Made by a program: the position numbers and the translations under genes
Shown here: positions 51,348-61,569 of the stretch, piece by piece
How positions within the stretch are numbered: the stretch's first letter is position 1
Layout: each line of letters begins with the position of its first letter
Notes under the pieces: model-generated
What the model was told of the DNA's origin: nothing
Databases searched by the model: none
What the model saw: the letters and a program-made list of their open reading frames with translations, nothing else
Source of the DNA: Arenicellales bacterium
GTDB taxonomy: Bacteria; Pseudomonadota; Gammaproteobacteria; Arenicellales; JAJDZL01
DNA length: 64,000 bases
Reading direction: 5' to 3'
NCBI GenBank assembly: GCA_965202615.1
Contig: OZ241837.1
Span: forward strand, 59,656 to 123,655

Positions 51348-51563
51348 CTAGTTTGAATTCTTATTTCCGTTTTCCAGCTCTTCGACTTCCTCAGTACTCA
51401 TTTGGGTATATTTGCAGATCAAATCCTGATCAATCCCGTCCCGCAACATTAGCTCGGCAGTCTCCTGGCGACCTTTCCGCCAACCTTCCTGCCAGCCTTC
51501 CTGCCAGCCTTCCTGCCAACCTAACTGTTTAGGAATATCCCTTCCTTCCAATGCTTCAACCAT
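51348..51563 (-). CDS. Second orphan RpnS-like small protein, 71 aa (remnant of an IS-truncated rpn)
   Basis: MVEALEGRDIPKQLG(WQEG)3WRKG..; homology to full rpn continues upstream to about 51639, with an in-frame TAA just before the RBS. Confidence 0.7.
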   Translation of the reverse strand: MVEALEGRDIPKQLGWQEGWQEGWQEGWRKGRQETAELMLRDGIDQDLICKYTQMSTEEVEELENGNKNSN

Positions 51564-51639
51564 GACTTTGCCTTCCTCTAAAGATTACATACCCAATTCT
51601 TTCGGTCTGTTTATTGTAACCTCGTCGCGATAGTGGTAG

Positions 51640-51955
51640 TGTAGTCCAATGAGAAATGAGTCTGAAAAACCGAGGGGACCGGGTTCACCATAGGAGGATG
51701 AAGACGATTATGAAACTCGAAGGTTTCAGGACTCTGGAAGACATGGGAGCGTTTCCGGATGGCACTGAAGCGGCAGGGTTCGAATTGGCAGAAGCAAAAG
51801 CGGTTCGCTGCCGATGAATTGAGCGCATATTGATTCGATTCAGCAATTCGAAGCTGTCGAAGAAACAGCGCGGTTGGGTGTTCCCCTGCTGATGAAGACC
51901 AGCGGTTATTCTCGCCAGCAGGTGATTCGATTGATCCAGCGCTACCGAACCGATG
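51640..51955 (+). mobile_element. IS481/ISNCY-like integrase-type IS remnant (left end plus decayed transposase N-terminus)
   Basis: End begins TGTAGTCCAATGAGAAATGAGTCTGA; AGGAGG then MKTIMKLEGFRTLEDMGAF..*IERILIRF..; frameshifted KTSGYSRQQVIRLIQRY. Confidence 0.6.
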
Positions 51956-52229
51956 ATCGGGTGAGTTGTATTGATTAGCCGTATTGGCGATTGAATTTGT
52001 TGCGAAAATAGAACTTTGCGTCGTTAAACAAATTGTAAATTGCATAATTTCTGTCAGAATATGTCGTATCAAATGAATTTGAAATTACATGCGAGAATTT
52101 TTTGGAAAAATTCAGCAAACAACAAGGTGTTGAAGTCATCACGGTATGTTGATGCTTATAATCCCTTTCGTCCTAAACTCACTTCTAATGCTCTGATTCA
52201 AAATTATTTTTCGCACCTGGAATTCAAAA

Positions 52230-53027
52230 ATGAACACTGATCAATACGAAACACTGGTCATCGAGGTAGTCGACCACCACGTATTGGTGATTACCCTGAA
52301 TCGCCCCGAGGTGGCCAATGCGTTCAATACCGTTATGGCACGTGAGCTGTATCAGCTGTTTGAGCAGACCGCCCTGGAAAATCGTGATCTCAGATGCATC
52401 GTTGTTACCGGTGCGGGCAACCGCGCATTTTGTGCCGGCGGCGATCTCAAGGAACGCAACCAAATGAATGACGACCAATGGAGCCGGCAGCACCTAGTTT
52501 ATGAACGTATGGTAAGAGCCATCAGGGATTGTCCAATACCGACAATCGGCGCAATCAATGGTGCTGCTTATGCAGGCGGCTGCGAAATTGCCTGTTTACT
52601 CGATTTTTTGTATGCCGCCGAGAACGCCCGATTCGCGCTGACCGAAACGACCCTGGGCATTATTCCCGGCGCGGGAGGAACACAAACGCTGCCGCGGGCC
52701 ATTGGCGAACGACGGGCGAAAGAAGTCATCCTGACCGGAAAGCCGTTTACAGCCGGCGAGGCGCACGAGTGGGGGCTCGTCAATCGAGTGATTCCATCCG
52801 ACCAATTGCTGTCGGTTGCAATTGAAACCGCAAAGGTCATCGCTGGCAATGCGCCTGTCGCGATCAAACAAGCCAAGCAGTCGATCCAGAGGGGGTTGCA
52901 AATGTCACTGTCCGATGGACTTGCATTTGAACTTGAAGCTTACTATCGAACCGTACCTACGCGTGACCGAAAGGAAGGCGTCCTGGCCTTCAATGAAAAA
53001 CGAAAGCCCAAGTTCGAAGGGCGGTAG
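52230..53027 (+). CDS. Enoyl-CoA hydratase/isomerase
   Basis: TLNRPEVANA, AFCAGGDLKE, GGCEIA, E-TLGIIPGAGGTQ-LPR. Confidence 0.93.
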   Translation: MNTDQYETLVIEVVDHHVLVITLNRPEVANAFNTVMARELYQLFEQTALENRDLRCIVVTGAGNRAFCAGGDLKERNQMNDDQWSRQHLVYERMVRAIRDCPIPTIGAINGAAYAGGCEIACLLDFLYAAENARFALTETTLGIIPGAGGTQTLPRAIGERRAKEVILTGKPFTAGEAHEWGLVNRVIPSDQLLSVAIETAKVIAGNAPVAIKQAKQSIQRGLQMSLSDGLAFELEAYYRTVPTRDRKEGVLAFNEKRKPKFEGR

Positions 53028-53076
53028 TAACCGAATAACTGCGTTTGCAAACACGATGTCTTCCGGACATCACCGG

Positions 53077-55965
53077 TTAAAGCGCCGAGTGCAGCAAACG
53101 GGCGACATGGATTGCCTGTCTGCCAGTACCCAATTCGATCTGCTGCCGACAAGAGGTGCCGTCGGCAACGATGATCGTATCGACTGGTGAGTTTCGAACT
53201 GCAGGAAACAGATCAAGTTCCGCCATTTGTTCCGAGATTTCGAATGTCTCGCGATCGTAGCCAAACGCACCGGCCATCCCGCAGCATCCCGACTCTATCG
53301 CACTGAATGCCAGACCGGGAACACGTTCAAGTGCCTGCTCCACGTATTCCATTTGGGCAAATGACTTCTGATGGCAATGTCCATGAACGAGGACGTTGGA
53401 AATTGATGGTTTGAATTTAATGCTCGGACCTTCTTTCTGAATAATTTCTTCGAACAGGTACGATGATTCGGCGAGCTGTTCAGAACGACGGTCGCGTATC
53501 AATACGGGAAGTTCGTCACGCATTCCCAGTACGCAGCTCGGCTCCAGTCCAACTATCGGAATGCCTTCATTCAGATAGGGTTCCAGCGTATTCAGCAACC
53601 GGCTCACTTCCCGCTTTGCCTGATCAACGAAACCGCTTGTGAGATAGGTTCGACCGCAGCAAAGCGGTTTACGTCTTTCAGAAGCAGACGCGAAGATCAC
53701 ACGATATCCAGCGGCAGCTAACACGGCTTGAGCAGCCCGCAAGTTTTCAGGTTCAAACCACGTATTGAAGGTGTCAGCGAACAATACTACAGGCCTGCCG
53801 TCGGCGGGTCCGGCCGGTTGTGGGTCTGCAAATGGAAAGCGATGCCATTTCGGCAGCGGTCGATGTCGACTAAATCCGGTGAACGGCTCTAGAGCAGACC
53901 GTATCAGCTTTGACCCCGCTGCCAAGTTAGTGAGCCAGGGTGCGCGAGCGGCGTATGGGGCATACGCTGGCAGGTGTGCAATCAGCTTTTGATGTAACGT
54001 CGCGCCGGATCCAGCATGGTGAGCTGCGGTAACTTCAATTTTCATTCTTGCCATATCGACACCGGTTGGACATTCGCGTCGACAAGCCTTGCAACTCACG
54101 CAAAGTTTCATCGATTCTTTCATGGAGCTGGAAATCATCGCGTTTTCACCAAGTTGTCCGGAAATCGCAAGACGCAATGCATTCGCCCGACCCCGTGTAA
54201 CATGTTTTTCATCCCGTGTCGCACGGTAGGAGGGGCACATGACCCCGCCGGTGAGTTTGCGACAGGCTCCATTGTTGTTGCACATCTCGACCGCGCCCTG
54301 AAAACCACCGCCTGCGCCAGTCCACCCGCGCCAATCCAGTACGGTCTCGATTGCCGGTACGGAATAATCCGGCGGGAAACGAAACAACTCTGAATCGTCC
54401 ATTTTTGGAGGATTGACGATCTTGCCGGGATTCATGATTCCATCGGGATCAAACAGTCGTTTGACCTCGGCGAACCTATCGGTCATTCTTTTTCCGAACA
54501 TCTTTTCGTGGAATTCCGAGCGACACAAGCCATCGCCATGTTCTCCGGAATGGGAGCCCCTGTATTCCAGAACCATGTCGAAGCACTCTTCCGCGATCGC
54601 TCGCATGGCTTTGATATCTTTCCTGTCCCGCAAATTCAGCACCGGTCTTACATGCAGACATCCAACTGAAGCATGCGCGTACCATGTTCCCCGAGTCCCG
54701 TGTTTGTGGAATATCTCGGTGAGTCGGGCGGTGTATTCAGCGAGATCTTCAAGTTCTACCGCGCAGTCCTCAACAAACGAAACCGGCTTTCTGTCATCAC
54801 GCATTGACATCATGATGTTCAAGCCGGCTTTTCGAACTTCAAACACCGAACTTTGAAACTCTGAATCTATCGCTTCGACAACGCCACCCCGAGACCTTTC
54901 GGGATTCGAGAACCGGAACCCGAGATCGGACATCAATTCACCCAGCGCCCTGAGTCTTCGAAAATTTTCATCCTGGCTTTCTTCGGCAAACTCAACCAAG
55001 AGCAGGGCCTCCGGTTCACCTTTCACCATATTGGTGATGGTTCGCTCAAAGAGCGGGATTTTACGCGACAAGTCGATCATGGTCCGGTCAATCAGCTCCA
55101 CCGCGACCGGACCCAGCTTTACCAAGTGCTGGGCGCAGTCCATGGCCGCGTGGAAACTCGGAAAATGACAAATGCCAAGCAGTTTGTTTTTGGGAACTGG
55201 CGAGAGTTTGAGCTCTATGCTTCTGGTACAGGCGAGCGTGCCTTCAGACCCAACCAGCAGATGCGCCATGTTCACCGTACCGTCTGCCGAAACCAGCGCG
55301 TCAATGTTGTAACCCCCAACTCGTCTCAGGACTTTCGGAAATCGCGCTGAAATTTCGTCGCGTTCGCGCTCCCCGATACCAAGCAAAGCACCAAAAATTG
55401 GATGGAGGTTTTTTGAAGCGGAATTTGTTGCACCAAAGTCGAGCGTTTCACCATTTGGCAGCACAGCGTCAATCGAAGCGACGTGATCGCGCATGAGTCC
55501 GTAACGGATGGAGCGGCTGCCGCAGGAGTTGTTCCCGGCCATCCCGCCGATGGTCGCTCGACTCGCGGTGGAGATATCTACCGGGAACCAGACCCCATGT
55601 GGTTTCAGATGCCTGTTCAATTCGTCAAGAACGATTCCACTTTCAACGCGACAGCGAGAATTTTCGAGATCGAGTTCGATTACCCGATTCATATATTTGC
55701 TGTAGTCCAGCACTATGGCGTGATTAACGGTTTGTCCGCATTGCGAGGTTCCGCCGCCGCGGGGCAGCACCGGGATACCTTGACTTCTCGCGTAGCCCAG
55801 TGTGGCAGCGACATCGTGCTCATTCTTCGCCACGACAACCGCCAAGGGCATCATCTGGTAGCTGGAAGCATCCGTTGCATACCGGCCGCGATCAAATTCA
55901 CCCGTCAAGAGCTGACCCTGTATCTTTTCAGCCAGATCTTTGTGAATTGCGGACGGGAGCTGCAT
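53077..55965 (-). CDS. FAD-linked oxidase with Fe-S and CCG domains (YdiJ/D-2-hydroxyacid dehydrogenase-like)
   Basis: PRGGGTSQCGQ, GSEGTL, SGEHGDG, CNNNGAC, CVSCKACRRECP, HGHCHQK, CCGMAG. Confidence 0.9.
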   Translation of the reverse strand: MQLPSAIHKDLAEKIQGQLLTGEFDRGRYATDASSYQMMPLAVVVAKNEHDVAATLGYARSQGIPVLPRGGGTSQCGQTVNHAIVLDYSKYMNRVIELDLENSRCRVESGIVLDELNRHLKPHGVWFPVDISTASRATIGGMAGNNSCGSRSIRYGLMRDHVASIDAVLPNGETLDFGATNSASKNLHPIFGALLGIGERERDEISARFPKVLRRVGGYNIDALVSADGTVNMAHLLVGSEGTLACTRSIELKLSPVPKNKLLGICHFPSFHAAMDCAQHLVKLGPVAVELIDRTMIDLSRKIPLFERTITNMVKGEPEALLLVEFAEESQDENFRRLRALGELMSDLGFRFSNPERSRGGVVEAIDSEFQSSVFEVRKAGLNIMMSMRDDRKPVSFVEDCAVELEDLAEYTARLTEIFHKHGTRGTWYAHASVGCLHVRPVLNLRDRKDIKAMRAIAEECFDMVLEYRGSHSGEHGDGLCRSEFHEKMFGKRMTDRFAEVKRLFDPDGIMNPGKIVNPPKMDDSELFRFPPDYSVPAIETVLDWRGWTGAGGGFQGAVEMCNNNGACRKLTGGVMCPSYRATRDEKHVTRGRANALRLAISGQLGENAMISSSMKESMKLCVSCKACRRECPTGVDMARMKIEVTAAHHAGSGATLHQKLIAHLPAYAPYAARAPWLTNLAAGSKLIRSALEPFTGFSRHRPLPKWHRFPFADPQPAGPADGRPVVLFADTFNTWFEPENLRAAQAVLAAAGYRVIFASASERRKPLCCGRTYLTSGFVDQAKREVSRLLNTLEPYLNEGIPIVGLEPSCVLGMRDELPVLIRDRRSEQLAESSYLFEEIIQKEGPSIKFKPSISNVLVHGHCHQKSFAQMEYVEQALERVPGLAFSAIESGCCGMAGAFGYDRETFEISEQMAELDLFPAVRNSPVDTIIVADGTSCRQQIELGTGRQAIHVARLLHSAL

Positions 55966-56090
55966 TGAATAGAGCGCGATTGAAGCAAATGATCGTGGGA
56001 GATTTTTCCAGTTTTCACAAATTCGAGAATTATTGATCCGCAGGGATGGACAATCTGGGGGTCAACTGCAGGATTTTTTGGCGATGGAGC

Positions 56091-56717
56091 CTAGCCTGTA
56101 CCGTAAATTCTGTCCCCTGCATCTCCCAATCCGGGAAGAATGTAACCACGATCATTCAACTGACGGTCAACTGCGCAGGTATAGAGCTTTACGTCGGGAT
56201 GTGCGTCATTGACTGCTGAGACACCTTCAGGTGCGGCAAGAAGGCAGACAAAAACGATGTCTTTTGCACCGTGCTGTTTCAAGCGTTCGATTGCAGCGGT
56301 CGCAGTATTGGCGGTTCCAAGCATCGGGTCCACCACGATTGTTGTGCGATTACCAATATCGTTCGGAAGTTTGCAGTAATATTCGATCGCGATTAGAGTC
56401 TGAGGGTCTCTGTACAGACCAATGTGCCCCACTTTAACCGCAGGCATCAGCGATAGCATTCCATCAAGCAGTCCATTGCCTGCGCGAAGTACGGATACAA
56501 CGCACAATTTCTTTCCGGAAATAAATGGAGCCTCCATCGTCTCAAGCGGGGTTTCAATGGTGCGTTTTTCACAAGGCAAATCTCGAGTTACTTCATACGC
56601 CAGCAACATCGCGATTTCCTTAGTGAGTTGACGAAACACATTTGTGGGTGTTTCTTTTTGGCGCATCAAGCTGAGTTTATGCGTAATCAGTGGGTGTTCT
56701 AAAATGCTGACGTTCAA
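56091..56717 (-). CDS. upp: Uracil phosphoribosyltransferase
   Basis: [45 protein letters not shown]. Confidence 0.95.
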   Translation of the reverse strand: MNVSILEHPLITHKLSLMRQKETPTNVFRQLTKEIAMLLAYEVTRDLPCEKRTIETPLETMEAPFISGKKLCVVSVLRAGNGLLDGMLSLMPAVKVGHIGLYRDPQTLIAIEYYCKLPNDIGNRTTIVVDPMLGTANTATAAIERLKQHGAKDIVFVCLLAAPEGVSAVNDAHPDVKLYTCAVDRQLNDRGYILPGLGDAGDRIYGTG

Positions 56718-56944
56718 TGGGGCTAACGAAGTGTTTGATAATTGACAGGAAGTTCATTGTAAACTTTTGTTGTTTCACCAAGACATTGTTATCGTATTGC
56801 CGGAAAATACCAAAGATACTGGAATAGATCAAAAGTGTGCGCTACGGGCAGATCGCCGAAAAAGAGACAAAAATAAGTGAGCGGCGAGGTGGCAAAAAAT
56901 CTGCCGCCAACTTGGTGCTGGCAGGCAATGTCAATCACGAGAGA

Positions 56945-57355
56945 GTCGTGCAGTTTCACAAACTTTCCCAGTGATTGTGCGATTCGTTGACTGAGCCACT
57001 GCAATGGGCGAATGTGTAGGCAGACAATCAAGACACTCTCACTGCCCTGCCGGAATGCAGAAATGGCGGTGTGTTACTGGATACGGGGGTCATTCGCCCA
57101 AAGAATCCGGACCTGCCTCCACAACTTGCCTGATCTGCGATCAAAGCCGGTTTTCGAGTGGCGGCATTGACAGTCAGGCTGATGGATGATTTAGCTGCAA
57201 AAGTGCGGTCGCTGCTTGACAAATATGCAGTCCAACATCCGCTTGGCAACATCCTTCAGGGGGCAACCTGGTCAGCGGGTCGCAAAATTGCTCGACAATT
57301 TCGTCGAGACGTGTTACCACCAATACGGACCACATTTGAGGGCACGAATTTTGAG
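56945..57355 (+). pseudogene. Decayed URC4/Urg3 (DUF1688) uracil-catabolism protein, C-terminal part
   Basis: FHKLSQ*LCDSLTEPLQW..*..LTALPECRNGGVLLDTGVI, then EWR/frameshift ALTV..ILQGATWSAGRKIA..PPI..GTNF; internal stops. Confidence 0.75.
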
Positions 57356-57455
57356 GGCCTTTACGTCTTTAACCTAGGGATATCAGATTGAATTTGGGCA
57401 AATTAATTCACTTTGCATGATTCACTGTACTTTTAATCCATTAATTTGATTAAGA

Positions 57456-57697
57456 AAATCCCAATCAATTGACATGTTTTGCAATCTGGGAATATAATTC
57501 CCAATTTGCATAATATTGCAAATATGAATTGTAAAAGTGTTGGAAACTGCACCAGTAGTTGCTATCTTGGGATTGTGAAAAGTCGACAAGACAACACTCA
57601 AGCACGAAATTGCAGAACATCAAACTATTAATTTCATTATGTAAATCCCAAACAATAGACATGTTTTGCAATCTGGGAATCAAATTCCCAGATTACA
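57456..57697. repeat. Two ~55-bp direct repeats, each containing a palindrome, upstream of an AAA ATPase gene
   Basis: 57456-57510 and 57643-57697 share AAATCCCAA..GACATGTTTTGCAATCTGGGAAT..ATTCCCA; stem TGCAATCTGGGAAT/ATTCCCAGATTACA. Confidence 0.85.
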
Positions 57698-57700
57698 ACA

Positions 57701-58891
57701 ATGATTTCTCGTTCGTTACAAAATCGGATTGTAAAAGCGCTGGCAACTGTGCCAGTCATCGCTATTCTGGGACCGCGTCAAGTCGGCAAAACAACGCTCG
57801 CGCGCGAAATTGCAAACCGATTTCTGGAAAAGGAGTCGTTTCATTTAGACTTGGAACGAAATTCCAACCTCGTTAAACTCGATGAACCGGAAGATTATCT
57901 TACCGGCTTCAACAACAAACTGCTGATCATTGATGAGGTGCAAAGGAAGACCGATCTATTCACGACTTTGCGCAGTCTGATTGACGAAAGAATACGTAAC
58001 GGAGAAAGAGGTGGACACTTCATTTTGCTGGGCTCCGCATCCAGGGACTTGATTCAGCATTCAACTGAAACACTGGCAGGACGAATACAGTATTTGGAAC
58101 TCTGTCCTTTTTCAATTCCTGAAATCTATCAGTCCAACCCACGACAGTTTGATACCAATCCACTTTGGTTGAGAGGTGGTTTCCCTGCCAGCTTCTTGGC
58201 ACAGGACAATGATGAAAGTTGGGACTGGCGAACAAATTTCATTGCTTCCTACGTGGAACGCGATATTCCGATAATGGGGCCGAGAGTTTCAAGTGTGAGA
58301 ATGCGACGAATTTGGAGCATGCTTGCTCATTTGAACGGTCAGCAAGTTAACCTCTCGAACTTGGGTAAAAGCCTTGAGGTCGATCATAAAACAATTCGAT
58401 CCTATATTGATCTGCTCTCGGACTTCTACATGGTCAGATATTTGACCCCTTGGTCCGGGAACACCAAAAAACGGTTGGTTAAATCACCGAAGGTGTATCT
58501 GCGTGACAGCGGTGTACTTCATCGCCTGTTGAATATTTCGGACTTTGAATCGTTATTGGGACACCCAGGTGTTGGCGCCAGCTGGGAGGGGTTCGTCGTG
58601 GAAAACATCATCACGAACCTGCCCGACACATGGCAGTTCAGTTATTACAGATCTTCCGCTGGCGCGGAAGTTGATTTGGTGATGGAGGGTCCCGGCAATT
58701 CAATTGTTGCAATTGAAATCAAGCGTTCGTCTTCACCCAGAGTTTCCAAGGAGTTTCACTCGGCTTGTGAAGATATGAAGGCTACCCGGAAACTGGTCAT
58801 TTACTCCGGGACTGACAGATTTTCAATGAGGAACAACACCGAAGCAATTGGGCTGACTCGATTCCTCTCCGAATTTGCTCAATTGGGCTGA
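57701..58891 (+). CDS. AAA_14 ATPase with DUF4143 (wHTH plus PD-(D/E)XK-like) domain
   Basis: GPRQVGKTT, IIDEVQ, GSAS, RGGFP, KSPKVYLRDSG, EVDLV..IEIK. Confidence 0.9.
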   Translation: MISRSLQNRIVKALATVPVIAILGPRQVGKTTLAREIANRFLEKESFHLDLERNSNLVKLDEPEDYLTGFNNKLLIIDEVQRKTDLFTTLRSLIDERIRNGERGGHFILLGSASRDLIQHSTETLAGRIQYLELCPFSIPEIYQSNPRQFDTNPLWLRGGFPASFLAQDNDESWDWRTNFIASYVERDIPIMGPRVSSVRMRRIWSMLAHLNGQQVNLSNLGKSLEVDHKTIRSYIDLLSDFYMVRYLTPWSGNTKKRLVKSPKVYLRDSGVLHRLLNISDFESLLGHPGVGASWEGFVVENIITNLPDTWQFSYYRSSAGAEVDLVMEGPGNSIVAIEIKRSSSPRVSKEFHSACEDMKATRKLVIYSGTDRFSMRNNTEAIGLTRFLSEFAQLG

Positions 58892-59010
58892 TCATCTGCC
58901 AAGAAACACGACCGAAAACCAAAATTAAGCGCTCGAAAAATCCGAATCAACCCAAACAATGTATACTTTTTAGTTCATTTGAAAATATTTTCGCAACTCC
59001 ACTCCGTCCT

Positions 59011-59940
59011 GTGCACTCATTCCCCATCATTGATATTTCTGTATTGCAGAACGAATCTGAGTCTGCGTTGCAATCGGTTGGAAAGGAGTTGCATGAAGCA
59101 GCTCAGAATCACGGATTCTTTTACATCAGTGGACACGGTATAGATCCTGAAACGATCGAGTCAACCTTTGAAGTCGCTGCAAGATTCTTTTCGTTGCCTG
59201 CCAAGCGAAAGGCCGAAGTCAGAATGTCGGGTTCCCATCGCGGGTTTCTCGCAATCGGCGAATCGACCATGGAGGGGTATAGCGACGCCGACCGAAAGGA
59301 AAGTTTTATTTGGGGGCTGGATCACGCATTGAGCCAAGATTTCACTGGCGACTCTGATCAACTGATAGCTCCGAACCGTTGGCCGGCAGAACCCGATAAG
59401 ATGCGCCTGTCGCTTAACGCCTATTTCGATGCTGTTCATACTTGCTCCGCAAAAATACTTCGCGCCCTCGCAGTTTCGTTAGACGTACCTGCTGATTATT
59501 TCACCAGAAATTTCAATCGACCGACATCCCGGGGTTCAATCATCTACTATCCGCCAAATGAGAATGTATCGGACGACTACGGGGTATCGCCCCATTCAGA
59601 TTTCGGATGCCTTTCCATGCTGATTCAGGGAGGTCCGGGCCTCAGCGCCCAGTCAGCAGATGGGCAATGGCGCGAAGTTCAGCCGATCCCCAATACTTTT
59701 GTCGTCAATGTCGGGGACTTGCTCTCGCGCTGGACTAACGGAAGATTCAGGTCAGTTCCTCATTTTGTCGTGAATAAAGGTACGAACGCAAGATATTCTG
59801 TTGTTGTATTCGTAGATCCGGACTCCGAAACAATCATTGACCCGATTGTTCAATGCGGTGAGTCCTCACAGTTTAGCCCGATCACCTGCAATGAGTATAT
59901 TAGTGGACGATTCAATCGTTCTTTCGCCTATCGAAATTAG
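59011..59940 (+). CDS. 2OG-Fe(II) oxygenase, isopenicillin N synthase family
   Basis: GFFYISGHG, HSDFG (HxD), VNVGD-L-RWTNG-F-S-PH, RYS. Confidence 0.9.
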   Translation: MHSFPIIDISVLQNESESALQSVGKELHEAAQNHGFFYISGHGIDPETIESTFEVAARFFSLPAKRKAEVRMSGSHRGFLAIGESTMEGYSDADRKESFIWGLDHALSQDFTGDSDQLIAPNRWPAEPDKMRLSLNAYFDAVHTCSAKILRALAVSLDVPADYFTRNFNRPTSRGSIIYYPPNENVSDDYGVSPHSDFGCLSMLIQGGPGLSAQSADGQWREVQPIPNTFVVNVGDLLSRWTNGRFRSVPHFVVNKGTNARYSVVVFVDPDSETIIDPIVQCGESSQFSPITCNEYISGRFNRSFAYRN

Positions 59941-59967
59941 TCTCACCGATGTCAAAATGGTAAGCCA

Positions 59968-60537
59968 ATGACCGCCTGGATTCACATGCTATCGGACGCT
60001 GAAGCAACCGGCGAGGCGAAAGCCGCATTGGAAGCGGCTCGGTCCCCGCATGGAACCGTAGACAACGTAATGCGAATTCACAGTCTTCGCCCCAAGACGA
60101 TGCATGGACACGTATCACTTTACCGCAGCGTGCTCCACAGCAGCGACAACTCCTTGCCTATTTGGTTTCTTGAAACTGCCGGAACCTATACCAGTCTTTT
60201 GAACCATTGCGACTACAGTGTCGCTCATCACAGTTCGAATCTGAGAAAACTGGTGGACAACGAGGAACGCTATACACAAATAATCTCGGCACTGAAAACC
60301 AACGAACCTGGAAAAATCTTTCAGGGCAAAGAACTGGCAATGCTGCGATATGTCGAAAAACTGACGGTCGCAGTCGGTGATATTGTCAAGAGCGATGTCG
60401 ACGCTCTTCGCGACGCGGGATGTGATGACGGAGAGATACTGGAACTGAACCAGGTTGTCGGTTACTTCTGCTACGTCAACCGTCTTCTGAACGGGTTGGG
60501 TGTAACCACCAAGGGCGATGTGATCGGTTACTATTGA
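59968..60537 (+). CDS. AhpD/carboxymuconolactone decarboxylase-like (peroxidase-related) protein
   Basis: VDNVMRIHSLRP, LNHCDYSVAHH, YVNRLLNGLG. Confidence 0.8.
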   Translation: MTAWIHMLSDAEATGEAKAALEAARSPHGTVDNVMRIHSLRPKTMHGHVSLYRSVLHSSDNSLPIWFLETAGTYTSLLNHCDYSVAHHSSNLRKLVDNEERYTQIISALKTNEPGKIFQGKELAMLRYVEKLTVAVGDIVKSDVDALRDAGCDDGEILELNQVVGYFCYVNRLLNGLGVTTKGDVIGYY

Positions 60538-60582
60538 CGTACTTGCCAATTGAGGGACACTGCTCCCCTGACAGCAAGTACA

Positions 60583-61320
60583 TCATTCATCCAGTTCCGC
60601 CAATTTCCGCTTCGCTTCTTCATCAAGCAGACCATCATAGGCGTTCCGCGACGGAATATTGATTGCGCGCACAAGAGTCTCGCGAGCCTTATCGCGATCC
60701 TTGCGCTTGCCCTTTATCAATAGACCTCGGGCATAATCAAACAGCACCTCCTTTGACTCCGGAGCCAGTTCCAGCGCCCTCTCGAAATGTTTGGCGCCAG
60801 TCTTATTCGATGCACCAAGGGTTGCACGAGCCAGAATCCCGGCTTTCTCAATGGCTTCCCAATGCCAGCTTGCCAAACTGGTATGTGCCTTAGGCAAGTC
60901 GGGATCAAGTGCAATTGCCGCTTCAAACTCGTCTCGGATCCGTTTTCCGTATCCTTCACCCAAAGCTTCCATGGTGCTGATAGTCTGCGCATAACGCCCC
61001 ATTGCCTGACCCCAGCGCAAGTGAGCCAACGCATTGCTGGAATCCAGGCTGACTGCCCTTTCTCCCAGTCCCATGGCACGTATAAAGATCGGTTGCTGAT
61101 CATCGTCTTGAGCGACATAAAAGCCGTAAATCACTAATGATGCAGTCGCCAACGTCAATGCCTCGGAGGTATTTAGCGCCTCACCCAGCTCAGCCGCTTC
61201 GAGAAACCGGCCATCATCGTATGCTGCCCGGGCAGATTCGATGGATTCGGCCGCTATGTGTGGCGATGCAAAAAATAGTGCTGCAAACACCCATACGCTC
61301 AATACTGTTTTCTTAACCAT
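60583..61320 (-). CDS. Secreted helical-repeat (TPR-like) hypothetical protein
   Basis: Signal peptide MVKKTVLSVWVFAALFF..IAA; repeats RAVSLD, AAIALDPD, RALELAP; GAGAAGG RBS before 61320. Confidence 0.7.
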   Translation of the reverse strand: MVKKTVLSVWVFAALFFASPHIAAESIESARAAYDDGRFLEAAELGEALNTSEALTLATASLVIYGFYVAQDDDQQPIFIRAMGLGERAVSLDSSNALAHLRWGQAMGRYAQTISTMEALGEGYGKRIRDEFEAAIALDPDLPKAHTSLASWHWEAIEKAGILARATLGASNKTGAKHFERALELAPESKEVLFDYARGLLIKGKRKDRDKARETLVRAINIPSRNAYDGLLDEEAKRKLAELDE

Positions 61321-61569
61321 AGCCTTCTCACAATAGATGTTCATTGCTCGTCTGACTTTGAGGCTATTGGATTTGATGTTCTCAGACCTCAAATAGAGAA
61401 GAGTTGTTTGTCGGTAAACCTGTAATTCCATACACGATACACCATGAATGCCATCGCGCTTCGAATATTCAAAAATCATGAATCGGTGATTTCTCAGACC
61501 ATGTCTACCCCGGACACACCCAGTCGATTGGAAATGCCTACGCGTTCCAGGTTTGTGCAATTCTCCCCA

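Larger units (their letters stand above)
49058..51639. repeat. Three direct copies (about 460-500 bp) of the rpn 3' end plus downstream noncoding DNA
   Basis: Copies at about 49058-49522, 49521-50000 and 51132-51639 share e.g. GCTGGATxAAGGTxAGT, CTGAACxATGGAAxATATCG and CTCATTTGGGTATATTTGCAGAT. Confidence 0.92.

Noticed and set aside
51611..52072. 153-aa minus-strand ORF
   Set aside because: Overlaps a decayed IS on the plus strand, which explains the region better.
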